Shown here one piece after another: positions 13,996 through 26,120 of a DNA stretch of 64,000 nt; position 1 is the stretch's first letter; each line of letters begins with the position of its first letter. The DNA is taken from contig NW_021835040.1 in the NCBI RefSeq assembly GCF_006345805.1, positions 1-64,000 of the forward strand, read 5' to 3'. Under the pieces are notes generated by a model. That model did not search any database. It saw only the letters and a list, made by a program, of their open reading frames with translations, and had not been told where the DNA came from. The position numbers were made by a program, and so were the translations under genes. The DNA is from Octopus sinensis. Taxonomy: Eukaryota.

Positions 13996-14210
13996 CGGTA
14001 GCCATTACACACATTTTTTCTCTGCTTTTTTCTCTCTTTTTTTCTCTTCTTGTTTCTCTCCTTGTTTCTCTCTGTGTCCCCTTCTGTAGAAGGGCGTAGG
14101 CTCGAAACGTAAATTCTTTTTTCAGTTCTTGAGCGTTATACTAATACATCTGTTCCTTTTCTAGATCACCTGTCTTCGTCTTTTGTTTTTCTTTCGTGAA
14201 TTCTCCCCTA
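13993..14210 (+). mobile_element. PLE-terminal-repeat-like fragment with degenerate hammerhead-like core
   Basis: ctgtaga-agggc-gtag-gctc-gaaac-gta at 14084-14111. Its tail is similar to 21145-21210. Confidence 0.45.
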
Positions 14211-14331
14211 TAGATACATACATGCATATTTTTATATATATACACACACAAAGATTTGATGCCTATACCCTCTCACCTCTCCTACTAACTGGCGTATACA
14301 GGTGCTTACACTTATCAAGTATTCACCCTAA

Positions 14332-14368
<37 letters not shown>

Positions 14369-14370
<2 letters not shown>

Positions 14371-14555
14371 CCGGATTAAACACATAAATGTGAAACAAGG
14401 TGGAAAAAAGAGTACTCAAATACCAGTGGTAGAGTAATATGCTTTATTTAAAGCAGCAGAAAATTCAACAAAACCTGTTACTCTGAGTTTCAAGTTAACG
14501 GGAACGTGAAACACAGAGTACAGGTTTTGTTGAATTTTCTGCTGCTTTAAATATA
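14369..14555 (+). mobile_element. (TA)n-embedded repeat with ~48-bp near-perfect inverted repeat
   Basis: accggattaaacac...gagtaatatgctttatttaaagcagcagaaaattcaacaaaacctg...caggttttgttgaattttctgctgctttaaa. A sister copy lies at 16261-16398. Confidence 0.75.
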
Positions 14556-14568
14556 GTATATATATACA

Positions 14569-14643
<75 letters not shown>

Positions 14644-14676
14644 CAAGCACGTACACACTATTTTGGAGTATAAATT

Positions 14677-15560
14677 TTGTTAAAGAGAATGACAACATTA
14701 AAAGAGACAATGACAATCATTTTCTATAAGCCCACAGACACTCACCAGTCTTTGAATTTTCTTTCCTCCCATCCCAAACATACAATAACAAACACATCCT
14801 TCATTACGGCAAAACAAGTTTGTACTCTATTAATGGACGCGACATTAAGAGATAAAAGATTTCAAGGATTAAAGATATTTCTAGTAAAACAAAAAGATCC
14901 TACTAGACATATTGATTCGGCTATTATCAAAGCAAATCTCATCGCAGCTAAATAATTCAGAAGAAAACAGACACATAATAAAATAGAAAATGTATTTAGA
15001 AATATTCTCAAAATCCAAGAATCCACGTCATTCTCAATGTTGCTAAATGATATCTCCCAGTACTTGAATAGTCATTGAAAATTGCGAAACAAATGACAGA
15101 ATACCAGGAATCATATATAGCAGACGCCAGATACACAAACAAAAGTAAACATTTCACTAAACTAAAATTTACAACAAAACAAATAGCATAGAGAATTAAC
15201 GAATGTGGTGATCCTCGTTACAGAAGATGCGATTATATTGAAGAAGGAGAACACAACAGCTTAAAATCAAAAATACTTTTAAAATCAATGTAAATATGAA
15301 CTGCAAATCCCGAAACCTGGTTTTCTATGCCCATTGCCCAAATTTCAAAGAATACTATATTCAGGAAACGGGTATTTGATTATACGAGAGGGTAAGGGTA
15401 CATAAGCAACAAATCTATGACTTCTCTTTTAGAAATGCAATATGTAGTGAGAGATTTTGAAAAAGGTGGAAAAAGCAAGTTCCAAATACCATTCGTAAAA
15501 GATTAATAGTTTATAAACATATAATTATAAAAGTCGAAGAATTATCAGAAAAGCCATGTG
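14677..15560 (+). mobile_element. Decayed Penelope-like element 2 (RT thumb + GIY-YIG)
   Basis: FYKPTDTHQSLNFLSSHPKHT, LRDKRFQGLKIFLVKQK. Downstream frames give ECGDPR.RRCDYIEEG and MNCKSRNLVFYAHCPNFKEYYIQETG. Confidence 0.85.
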
Positions 15561-15574
15561 TATTCATTATTCAA

Positions 15575-15616
<42 letters not shown>

Positions 15617-16260
15617 GTATATGTGTGTATGCATGCATGTGTGTATGTATACATGCATGAAACAACGAATAAAGAATACCTATAAGATATGAAAAATATA
15701 ACAAATTAACTCAGCCTGAATTCAAATCGCATATTTTTGACATAAGCATTAATCAATATCAAATAAGTGTTTTCAAATATAGATCTTTCTTTCTTAGCCT
15801 TACTGCCGACCGTCAACGCGTCTTGTGTCCATCTCCCACGTTCCTGCCTTTTGGCTTTTACTTCATATACGTCAGCTGAATTTGAATCGTTCTCAGTCGA
15901 ACGACGCCTGTTGTTATTTCTTCTATTCGTAATTCTGAACCATCTTCGCCATTGTTTCTTTGTTCGTTTTTATTTCGTCTTTGTAGCCATACACATTCCC
16001 TAGCTTTCTCACAGAAGAGACTAATGGTCTTAACTCAGACTTTTCGGGGGACAACCAGATCGAACCATGTCAAGTATATCTGTCCGAAATGGTCATGACT
16101 TCTGATACTTGACTGATGAAAGAAAGCCAAGAATGACCCTTCTTTTTTTCCTGTCCTTCTAATTGTTTCTCTTGTCCGCCTTTGTGTCCTCTATCTGTCC
16201 GAACGTTTTAATGCCCTCTATTGCGTTTTTGTCCCATATATATATATATATATATATATA

Positions 16261-16397
16261 GACCGGAGTAAGCACGTATGTGTACAAGGTGGAAAAAGCG
16301 TACTCAAATCCCAGAAGTAGAGTAATATGGTTTATTTAAAACGGGAACGTGAAACTCCGAGCAACAGCTTGTTATATTTCTGCTGCTTTAAAAAATA

Positions 16398-16398
<1 letters not shown>
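16261..16398 (+). mobile_element. Second copy of the 14369-14555 repeat, left hairpin arm deleted
   Basis: accggagtaagcac...gagtaatatggtttatttaaa then acgggaacgtgaaactccgagcaacag...tttctgctgctttaaa; (TA)n on both sides. Confidence 0.75.
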
Positions 16399-16483
<85 letters not shown>

Positions 16484-16504
16484 TACACATACACATACAC
16501 ACAA

Positions 16505-16545
<41 letters not shown>

Positions 16546-17884
16546 TGGAAAATGAGAGAAAGTGAATTCTCAAAATGTTCTGAGAATGAGTTGAGTTGTA
16601 AATGATCTATAAGTAAGCAAGACAAAACAAGTAACAAAATTAACAGAAAATTTAAGATTGGACATAGAAAATGACACCCGAGCTGTCATGTCATAATTGT
16701 GAATCGAACTTGCTATTCAAGCAGCGATGGGATTACTAAAACAACAATTAGTTATGCGTATACTCAAGTTACTCAGAGTTGCCTACACTTTTGAGGACGG
16801 AGAGCATGCAGTAACAAACGAGAAGCTACAAAAAATATAATAAAATACTCCATTTTAACGTAAGCCTGGCAGGGAATATTTTCACTTTCAGCGAAAGTAG
16901 CAACTTGTTTTGTAGTTTTGTAGCTTTTCTTGTGGAATTGAACGAAAATTGAAAGAAATTTCATTAAATTCCGCGAGGATGAATCAAATTATGTGATGTT
17001 AAATGATGAAATAAATGATAAATTACATACCGAAATATTTTCAAAGGACGTTCGCATTTATGCATTTTTTGGTGTGCAGAAAAAGGTGGTTGAATCATAA
17101 ATTTAGAGAACAAAGGCAGAATTATTTCTTGCAAATTTAAAGTTCACGGATCTTTAAATATATTTAAAAACCATAGAGTAATCCATATCCAAAAACCCAA
17201 AAAATATTATACTGCTCATCATTTTCCACATTGGTAAACATTCATTTTCACATGTAAGGATTTTATATAACCATATTTTCTACGTTCCAAATGAAACTAC
17301 CTTGTTTCTATTGTTCAACATTTAACTACCTGGTTAAGAGAATTTCATAGCAGTGTTGTGTAAATGTTATTATATTATATCGTGAAATTTATTTTGGTGC
17401 ATAAAAGCTTCCAATATCAAAGGGACTTATTGCCATCACACATTCATAAACCTTATCCAATCTTTAAACTATTCGAGCAATATCAGATAACTAATGTTGT
17501 CAAATTGTTAACTATCAGAATCTCAGGGAAAATTGTTATTTCATATCCAGTTACAGACCTTGATTAAAATACAAAACTCCCTCGGGGTGTTTTAGTTACC
17601 TATTAAACCACGTTAATTGTGTTTTCTTACTCGCATATGTTTTCTTACTTGACGTTCTTCTCCATGATAATTACGAAAGACGAAATATTTCAAGCATATT
17701 TCACATAATATACATAACAAAGTACCATACAATATTTTACAGGAATGAAGACAGATTTAATTTCGGAAAGATTTGAACGGAGTATATAAAGCATCGTAAA
17801 AATACATTACATGATATTTTGCCGGAGTTTCTACCAATTCTACCAATCTACTGACCTAAAACATTCAGAACAATTGTGATTTAG

Positions 17885-18286
17885 AGTTGTTGTATACTGT
17901 CAACTTAACGTGACAGTCTCCCGCTATTTAGACCACCGCTATTTAGCCCTAGGAAGCATCGACGCTTCCTGTTGGCTTTGACACTTCCCTGTGTCCTTAT
18001 ATTTGTGAAGGGGAGACAAGCACCCACAACAGCCCAGCTAGGGCCTGCACCTAGAGACATGCATGTTTCTGAGTCTTGCTCGTCATCAGTCCAGGGTAGC
18101 CAGTCCTGCTAGCTGAGATGCTTGCCAAGGGTTCGCGAATATATATATTTTCAGTGAAATCTATTCACTGATCACCAAAATTAGAAATATTTACGGGACT
18201 TTCATGTTAAGTTAACAGTATACAACCACTCTATCAATCCACAACCGCTCATGTCTCTCTGAGACATTTAGAAGTTCAATATTTCT
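17885..18286 (-). mobile_element. ~400-bp non-coding hammerhead-bearing element (solo PLE terminal repeat or retrozyme-like) with 13-bp TSD
   Basis: AATTGTGATTTAG at 17872-17884 and 18287-18299; 28-bp inverted segment 17882-17909 / 18206-18233; hammerhead fold at 18050-18095. Confidence 0.7.
18050..18095 (-). ncRNA. Type I hammerhead ribozyme motif
   Basis: CCTGGA-CTGATGA-C-GAG(CAAGA)CTC-A-GAAAC-ATGCAT-GTC-TCTAGG: 6-bp stem I, intact core, palindromic stem III. Confidence 0.7.
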
Positions 18287-18419
18287 AATTGTGATTTAGT
18301 TACCAAGAAAAAAGTCCTAGAAAACTCAGTTCTTAACACCTTGAGAATTGTATCGATTATTATTGAAACAACCATTCCAAATACACAATGATTCTTGCTC
18401 CATCATTCCAATATTTCAT

Positions 18420-19100
18420 TTAATTAGTGGATGCGAAAGGGTTTCAAAACATTTGGACATGAGAAAACCCATTATATTGCGGTACTATCGTGTTGTGCTG
18501 ATGGAACAAAACTGCCACCGCTGCTTATTTTCAAGAGGAAAACTTTACCAAAAGACAAAATTCCACGTTGAACTTTTGTTTATGTCCACCCAAACAGGTG
18601 GATGGATGAAGAGTGAGTGAAGTTATGGTTAGCTAAGGCCTGGCCAGGGCCTTCCCGTGGCCTCTTTAAAATTATCCCTTTTTGTGTGGAACCAGTTTCG
18701 TGCCCTCAAAACTAAGGCTCTTGAAGAAAGGGTGCAGGAAATGAAAATGAAAATGGCAGCTATTCTTGGTGGTTTAACAAGCCAGTGGCAACCACTGGGC
18801 ATATCAGTCAACAAGCCTTTTAAGGCATTTATGAAAGAAGAGTGGAATCAGTGGATGCGAGCCAAGGACCATGACCTAATACCAACAGGTCGTTTGAAAA
18901 GGCTAATAATATCTCAGGTTTCCGAGTGAGTCCTGAAATCATGGAAGATTGAAAATTAAACTAGTAGTAATATCTTTTAAAACATGTGGTGTTAGTATCG
19001 CATTAGATGGCACAGATGATATTCTCTTGGGAGATAGTACCACGTCGGACAATATTGACGACCATGATGAATTCTCTGGTTTTGGGGCTATGGATGACTG
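18420..19100 (+). mobile_element. Decayed pogo-type (DDE_1) transposase
   Basis: Frameshifted FGHEKTHYIAVLSCCADGTKLPP; VWNQFRA...ILGGLTSQWQPLGISVNKPFKAFMKEEWNQWM...PTGRLKR; IALDGTDD. Confidence 0.85.
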
Positions 19101-20329
19101 CAGTCAGATTTCGGGATTTGAAGAGTGAAATAACTCGTACGTTTAATATTTGCACATATTTTAATCTTTTTTTCCATTGTAATTTAATTGTAATGTTTGT
19201 TTTGCCATATACGTGTGGAATTTTTTTGCAAATGGCAATAACGTGAAATATTTTCAGGATTTAAAGATTAAAATATATTTTCTTATTTGCAATTTTTCAA
19301 CTGCGCAGATTTTAATCTCAATTCTGTTTTTATTTTCTTCTATATGGGATGTCATGTTTGTGTAATACTTCTATAAATGATAGGAAAAAGGAAGATATTA
19401 TCAGGATTTTATGATTGAAATGTTTTTTTATTGCGTAGATTTTACTGAAATCTTTACTTTTATTTTTGTTCTACGCCATTTTCATGCGGGATTTTTACAA
19501 AGTGTAACTGTGCAAAAAAATGTTATTCCGTATTTGTCACAATATTTTTCCTATTGTGGAGTTTAGTCTTTCCTTAGTCTGAGGCAAAAAAATACTCTAT
19601 AAGTCTATATCCAATATGACCAAAATCTTAACATACTGCACCAGCTGTAGTCCCGTCCGCTTGCATGAACTGAGACACTATTGCCCAAGAATCTTCCTGA
19701 CGAAACACATGAAAATAAAAATCACTTTTGGGCCGAACAGGAAATAGTCGAACTGGACTATCGTAGTGCAAGAGTGGATCGAGAAATTCCCGGTGGGGAT
19801 TGTGTCTGAGGTCTGGTTCATTGCAAATATCAATGAAATGACAGTGTAATATGTTCAAAGATACTGAAATAATTAATTTTTATACTGAATCCTTCAAGGG
19901 CTGTTTGGTGTTGGTAAAAAATATTCTTCCCCTTATATATATTTAAACAAAACAGTCAAATTTGAAAAGTTTCTTACTTGGTCGAGGGTGCATCCCCCCT
20001 TTGAATCCATCCCTGTCGTAGTGTAGTTTCAGTATTACAGTGGGTACATAACGGTAGGCATAAACTTTCGGAGTAAACTTACCATACCATGTTTCTCAAC
20101 TGACAGTCCCACAAAACAAATTGTTAAGGAAGTTGAGTGCTGCCTTTTGTTAATTATTCAGCCGCAAGTGAGGGGTCAAAATGGGAGACAGTCACGGTTA
20201 GTCAACATAAGGGATAGCACAAATAACTGTTCGACGAACAACCAACATAATGCTAGGAACATTTTAAGTGGTATGCTGGAGATTACATGTTTTTGTTTCA
20301 TTGCATCTGTGAAGTTAACAAGACCAGAA

Positions 20330-20443
20330 ATACTGGGACCTTATTTTATGTTTATTATTATATGTTTTTTTTCAAATTTTTGGTTTCCAAAATTAGGGTG
20401 CTTCCTCGAGGACGAAGCGCCTTCGACGCCGGGAAATACGGTA
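20330..20443 (+). mobile_element. Probable right end / TIR of a pogo-type DNA transposon
   Basis: ttccaaaattagggtgc...cgccgggaaatacgg followed by TA, i.e. the reverse complement of a CCGTATTT... TIR. The link to the transposase at 18420-19100 is inference. Confidence 0.5.
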
Positions 20444-20814
20444 ACTCCAATAATGTCGTTTCATCTTAGAGAAATAACAGCAGAAGTCCTATCGCAAAAC
20501 ACGCCCAACTCTCCTGAAGTATGCTTCATTGGATAATAAGGTTTGATTATGCACTTTGGATATTTAGTGAAACTGAGTTGATTTGGTGGGAAACAACAAA
20601 AATGACAACAATGTAAAACGGTAGAAGAAAATTATAGATTCATTAGCAATATCGATTTCTAAGAAACCCGTAAGAGTTCACATTTGAAGTATCGGTATAT
20701 TTGGCTTAAATATTTGAAGTCTGTGTACAGTCGGTTTAATCACCGCTATTCCTCAAAGCGAGAATAACGAAAGTAAAATTTGATCTCAATGGAATAGACT
20801 TATAATAATATTAA

Positions 20815-21022
20815 TTTGGAGTTTTGTCAAAAGACCAGAAAGTTCGGGGAGGGAGGGGTAAGTTGATTGTATCAAACCCCAGTACGCAACTGGTACTTAT
20901 TTAATCGAACCAGAAATGATGAAAGCAAAGTCGACCTCGGCGAAGTTTGAACTCAGAAAATAAAGACGGGTGAAATACCGTTGCTTTGCCTGGTGTGCTA
21001 ACAGTTCTTCTAACCTTGCCAC
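20815..21022 (-). mobile_element. Family A SINE
   Basis: actggtacttatttaatcgaacc...gcaaagtcgacctcggcgaagtttgaactcagaa...gtgctaac. Confidence 0.8.
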
Positions 21023-22069
21023 CCTTCGAATTATAATCACATTGCCAACAATAATAGTTTAGAAAAGTGGTCCCAGACATTTGGATTCCTATTCTACCCC
21101 ATTGGATCTCCATAACACTTCGGTGTAAATATTTTAAAAAATCCTAATACAACTGCTTGTTGTTCACACACCCATCTTCGTCATTCGTTTTTCTGTAAAT
21201 TTCATCTATATATGTGTGTATGTGTGTGTGTGAGTAAATAGAAGCACCACGGTATCAACTGCCTGGTTTAACTGTTGCATGCAACAGCGAAAAAACTGTG
21301 AACAGTGAAGATCTAGAGAATAGCGAAAATAAAGCGAATGGTGAAGATCTAGGTACCACAAAAATTATGCATGGTCGCTGCTGGAATGCATTCATGTATC
21401 ATCCATTAGTCTAGCGTCAATACATGGATTTGTGGCGCTGATATTATTAACGAACAGTAGAATGTTCTCATAAACTTTCTTACCAGGATTTTGGCAAATT
21501 TGTGTCAATTTTCCGAGTTTATTTCATCTCGTGGACGCGTTTACTAGCAACGAAAAGTGAATAGATTTATTAGGTCTAATATAATCAGGCAGTTGTTTTC
21601 TACTTCTGGCGACGGCAAAAATAGGAACTATCCAATTTGTCAAATATATATTATTTCCAAGTTCTTACCATGTCAGCTTTTAGCGTAGCAAAAGAATTAT
21701 TAGGAGGCAAGTGATTACTGGACAGTTTCCCTATAGGTATTGACCGAGAATAACGTCTGAGCATATCAAATAAATTATTTTGAACTTACGCCAGTTATGC
21801 TGCACATTTTCTACAGAATGAATTAAATTCCAATCGATAGAGGAGAGCGAGTCATTTGAAACAAAGCAATCGGTAACTATTAGAAATTGTGTGTCAGAAG
21901 ACAAGAAATAGTAATGGAATTTTGTTGCACAGAAGTGTTAAAAATATTGTTAGCGCGATCAGGAGTAGGATCAAGAAAATACAGCAATGATAAGGCCAAG
22001 AGTGTTTGTGGTAACGAAATTTAAGCTTAACGCTGTATCGTCGCATATTTTGAGATGGTAGAATCAATA

Positions 22070-22310
22070 TCGGTTTCAAATTTTGCAACGAGGCCAGCAA
22101 GTACGGGGAATTGGGTACGTCGATCACATCGACCCCAGTACTTAACTGGTACTTATTTCATTGATTCCAAAATGATGACTAACAGCCTGATCCTCGGTGA
22201 GTTTTGAACGAAGAACGTGAAGACGAGCATCTTCCACAGCGTTCTGAGTTCAAATTCAAGCGAGGTTGAATTTGTCTTTCATCGTTTCGGAGGTGAATAA
22301 AATAAATCGA
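22070..22310. mobile_element. Two family A SINE fragments in opposite orientation (22070-22228 minus, 22240-22310 plus)
   Basis: catcgaccccagtacttaactggtac... and cgttctgagttcaaattcaagcgagg... Confidence 0.7.
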
Positions 22311-23084
22311 CGTCCTCCTCACCTTAACATTGCTAGCCTTGTGCTGACATTGGAAAGATATGTTTTAGAAATTCTGTTATTGAAATCTCTTCTAAATGGG
22401 GGGAACATTATAACGATGGCGAAGAATAATAACCAAACACTGGAGCAGAGCAGCTTTACTTGAAAATATACGTGAACGCTTCTTTGGATGTTAACCGGTT
22501 GCACCTAACAATCAATTTGGATTGCAGTTCAGAAAGCATCAAATAAAATTGAGATGTTTTTAGTCGAAGGAAAATCAAATGATATTTTATGAGGCTGAGG
22601 AAATTAAGATGCGATTCATAAAAACGAATAATCTTACTCCGAAATCTTCTCAGTCTTTGCGATCAAACATTTTTTGTGTGAAACATAAAGTATTCGAAAA
22701 ATCGAAACCTCGCTGTCTCGTATGAAATTTAGAAGAGCTATTTCAGGAAAAAATAATAATTTGAATATAAGTTTGGTACAGAATATATAATTAAATCTCA
22801 TCAAAGTTACTTATTATAGATTTGCGATGAGGCTTGACCTAGATCTTGAATGCTTTATTCGACTTTCTACGGATATAGGGAATAAAGTAGTACAGAACTT
22901 TATGCTCCACTCAGGACCATAAGGGACACCTGCTCTGATATCTGGGGCACTGCTGGTTTATGCAGACGGAAATTCTGAGTGGAATCCATTGAAGAAACTC
23001 GGGACTGATTGGCACCTCAAGTATTAACGTATTCAGCTTCTAGTTCATAGGACTGCAATCTTTTCTGTTTTTTTTTCTTTTGGC

Positions 23085-23463
23085 CACTGCTGTTTGTTTT
23101 GTTTGATGAGTGAAGCGGTCTTCGTCCGTTGAGAGAAGTCCGAAACGAGGTCCTTTGCTATTCGTAAGACTCGCAGGAGACAAAGCTGGTCAACCCCCGA
23201 CACCGAGAGCATCGACGGATGGATGAATGCGCATCCAGGCTCAGCGGTTGCGTAGGAAGTCGGGGACAAGAAACAGGAAGAAAGAGTGAGAGAAAGTTGG
23301 GGAGAAGGAGTACAACAGGGGTCGCCACTATTCCCCTGCCGGAGACTCGTGGAGCTTTAGCTGTTTTCGCACAATAAACACACACAACACCCGGTCTGGG
23401 AATCGAAACCGCGATCCTTCGACCGCGAGTACGCTGCCCTAACCACTGGGCCATTGCGGCTCC
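23085..23463 (-). mobile_element. Family C tRNA-derived SINE, near full length
   Basis: Head GGAGCCGCAATGGCCCAGTGGTTAGGGCAGCG...GGTTTCGATTCCC with A-box and B-box; unique CpG-rich body; (CAAA)-like tail. Confidence 0.85.
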
Positions 23464-24433
23464 ACTTGTCACTGCTGTATTGATTTCTGCTTATCGGAGC
23501 CCCCTCCTCTCGTACGTGTACCAAACATCCTTCTTATTCCTCGCTCCAAGTTTAATCGCGTTCAAATACGCTTTGTCCGTACTGACCACTGTGACCAAAC
23601 TGTCACCATGAGAACGCTAGTCGCCTGAAATTTTCTCCTTCCTCATCATTTTCTAGCAGGTGTTAGACTGCAGCAATTAAAGCGGAAACTTAATGACACC
23701 CGTCTCGAAATATCTACAAGATCAGGGATTTTGGCCCTTTCTCCAGATTTAGCAATAAAAGAAAAATAATTCTAAAGAACTGCAATAAATTTAAACGGAA
23801 TTTCAAAATATCGGCCTACAGAGGAAAATAGTTCCTGGCTTTATTGTATGCAAATAGTGTAAAACTGTTGTGATTATATTCATATAACTCATAGAGGATG
23901 AGTAAACGCCATGATATATTTTTAGTTCGAGTAGGGTATCTCTGATATCGGAGAAAGAGGTGAAATATATTTACGTTCTAGCTGGTCTGAAAAGACACGG
24001 ATATGATGGTGGGGAACCATTAGCAACTAAATTTCTTTGAAATGAATTATTCAGTGTCTTGGGTATGAGACACTGGAAATGTGACAGGAATAGAAGAGAC
24101 AAATTAGTTTGAAAGAAAAGTTTGTTCCGATCGCTAGGCAGAGCAGACGACAAATGATGGCAATAATAATAATATATATATATATAAAAAATAAACAAAA
24201 TATGGGATGTTTGTATGAATATTTCATTATTTTATCATGCTGATCTTTAACCACGACTCAGCTCACATTAAGGATACCTATACATTTACCGGCAGCTATT
24301 TATACTGCTAAGTGCTTCGAGTACAAATTTCCCAAGGAATGTTTTGCAGAGCGAGGCTAAAACTATATTTGTTAACGGTAACCATGTTAACAGATATATA
24401 TATATATATATTATATATATATATATAGATATA

Positions 24434-24473
<40 letters not shown>

Positions 24474-24539
24474 TAAATGTGTATATATGTATATGTATAT
24501 ATAATATATATAAGATATATATGTTTGTATATATATTTG

Positions 24540-24572
<33 letters not shown>

Positions 24573-24942
24573 TATTATATATATATATATATATGTATTT
24601 ATATATGCCAACAGCAAACAATATGAAATACGAAAACTTATAATTTAAATACGCAAAGAACTAGATAAAAAATAGAAAACAAGACAAGTAATATAAAAAT
24701 ACAAAGACCGACCCTTCATCAGTTGTCGGTTGTCTATCTACTTCTCATTTCGATCAAGCAACGACAATATGAGTCTTCGATCAGAGATTCTCTCATAAAT
24801 ACGAAAATAAAATTTCGTATTTATGTAGGGTCAAAGTTGGGAACAAAAAGAGGACAGTGGAAACATAAAGGAAACCGAACGAAAACAAAGATGGAGGGTC
24901 GTTAGACCTGAACGAGAGGTATATATATATATATTATATATA

Positions 24943-24983
<41 letters not shown>

Positions 24984-25096
24984 TATATTATTAATATATA
25001 TATTATATATTATTATATATATATATATATTATATATATCTATATATATATCTATATATATATATATATATAATAATATATATATATATATATATA

Positions 25097-25132
<36 letters not shown>

Positions 25133-25149
25133 TATATATATATTTGATA

Positions 25150-25455
25150 AATTTCTGACCGAGGTATAAACTGTAGCTGCACGACACCGTGAAGTATATT
25201 TGCCATTTAAATGTGGCTAATCCTTGAGGGGTGATACTACTGTAGCTTGTATCCTCGGGAAGACACCTCCTCAAGCTGGCTATTGGCACACCTTCTGTGC
25301 CCTATCAGTATTTGCAAAGGAAAATTATCCTTCCCATCTCCAGCCTAACGTGATACACACGGACCCAGGTTTCTGAGTATTAAACCTTCATCAGCGTGTG
25401 ACAACCACCACTTCGCGATGTGAAGTGGTTCTCAATGCAAATATATATTTCGTTT
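25150..25455 (-). mobile_element. Hammerhead-bearing short element homologous to 17885-18286, between (TA)n runs
   Basis: Shared segment gctggct...acac...ctgtgycct...tattt and shared end gcraatatatattttc; hammerhead at 25356-25400. Confidence 0.65.
25356..25400 (-). ncRNA. Type I hammerhead ribozyme motif
   Basis: CACACG-CTGATGA-AGGTTTAATACTCA-GAAAC-CTGG-GTC-CGTGTG: perfect 6-bp stem I, intact core, weak stem II. Confidence 0.65.
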
Positions 25456-25464
25456 TACCAGTGA

Positions 25465-25507
<43 letters not shown>

Positions 25508-26120
25508 TACATACACGCTGAGTTAGTACTTCAGTAAAATAGCCCTTGGAGAAGTATACTAATTCAATCAGACCTGAATGACTAGAGTATTATTACGACA
25601 GTTTATAATACAATTAGTATATTCTCTGATTCGCTTTGCTAAGTCAATTAATACATTTAAGAAGTAATTAACAAGATATTGTAATGTAAATAATAGAAAA
25701 GAGCTAAAACCTTGCAGCCGACGTGAAGGCTATGCTTATGATATTGGCATTACATGATGAAAGCAACGGTAACGATTACAGGCAACGTGATGGAATAGTG
25801 GCGGCGGCTTCGCTGGTGGTAGAGGTGGTGGTGGCGATGCTGATGACTGCCAGACTGATTATGATGATAACCACTATTATGATTGTTCGTGGTGGGGAGG
25901 ATTATGACGATAACGATTTATATGATGCTGATTAACACGTTGGTGGTTATAGCGAGGTGTATGATGAGGCTGCTCGCCATAAAGTTTCGGAGTGTTGGAG
26001 ATTATAATTGTCGGGTTAATTAGAATAATGTTTACAGAGAGGATGGTGGTGAATATGATTATTATTGTTCTAGTTGTTGTTGTTGTTCTCGTTGTTGTTG
26101 TTGTTCTTGTTGTTATTATG

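Noticed and set aside
16015-16055. Decayed hammerhead cagaaga-gac(taatg)gtc-ttaac-tcaga
   Set aside because: Needs at least four core substitutions and has no clear stem I.
19628-19858. Mariner-like DYFLFGP in an alternative minus frame
   Set aside because: Single short motif without YSPDLAP context.
23393-23463. tRNA gene
   Set aside because: A- and B-boxes are present, but the cloverleaf is imperfect and it continues into a SINE body that recurs at 58397.
24700-24770. Hammerhead (CTGATGAAGGG on the minus strand)
   Set aside because: No downstream GAAA/stem II, and the nearby GAAA lies in the wrong topology. Probably a PLE-repeat relic only.
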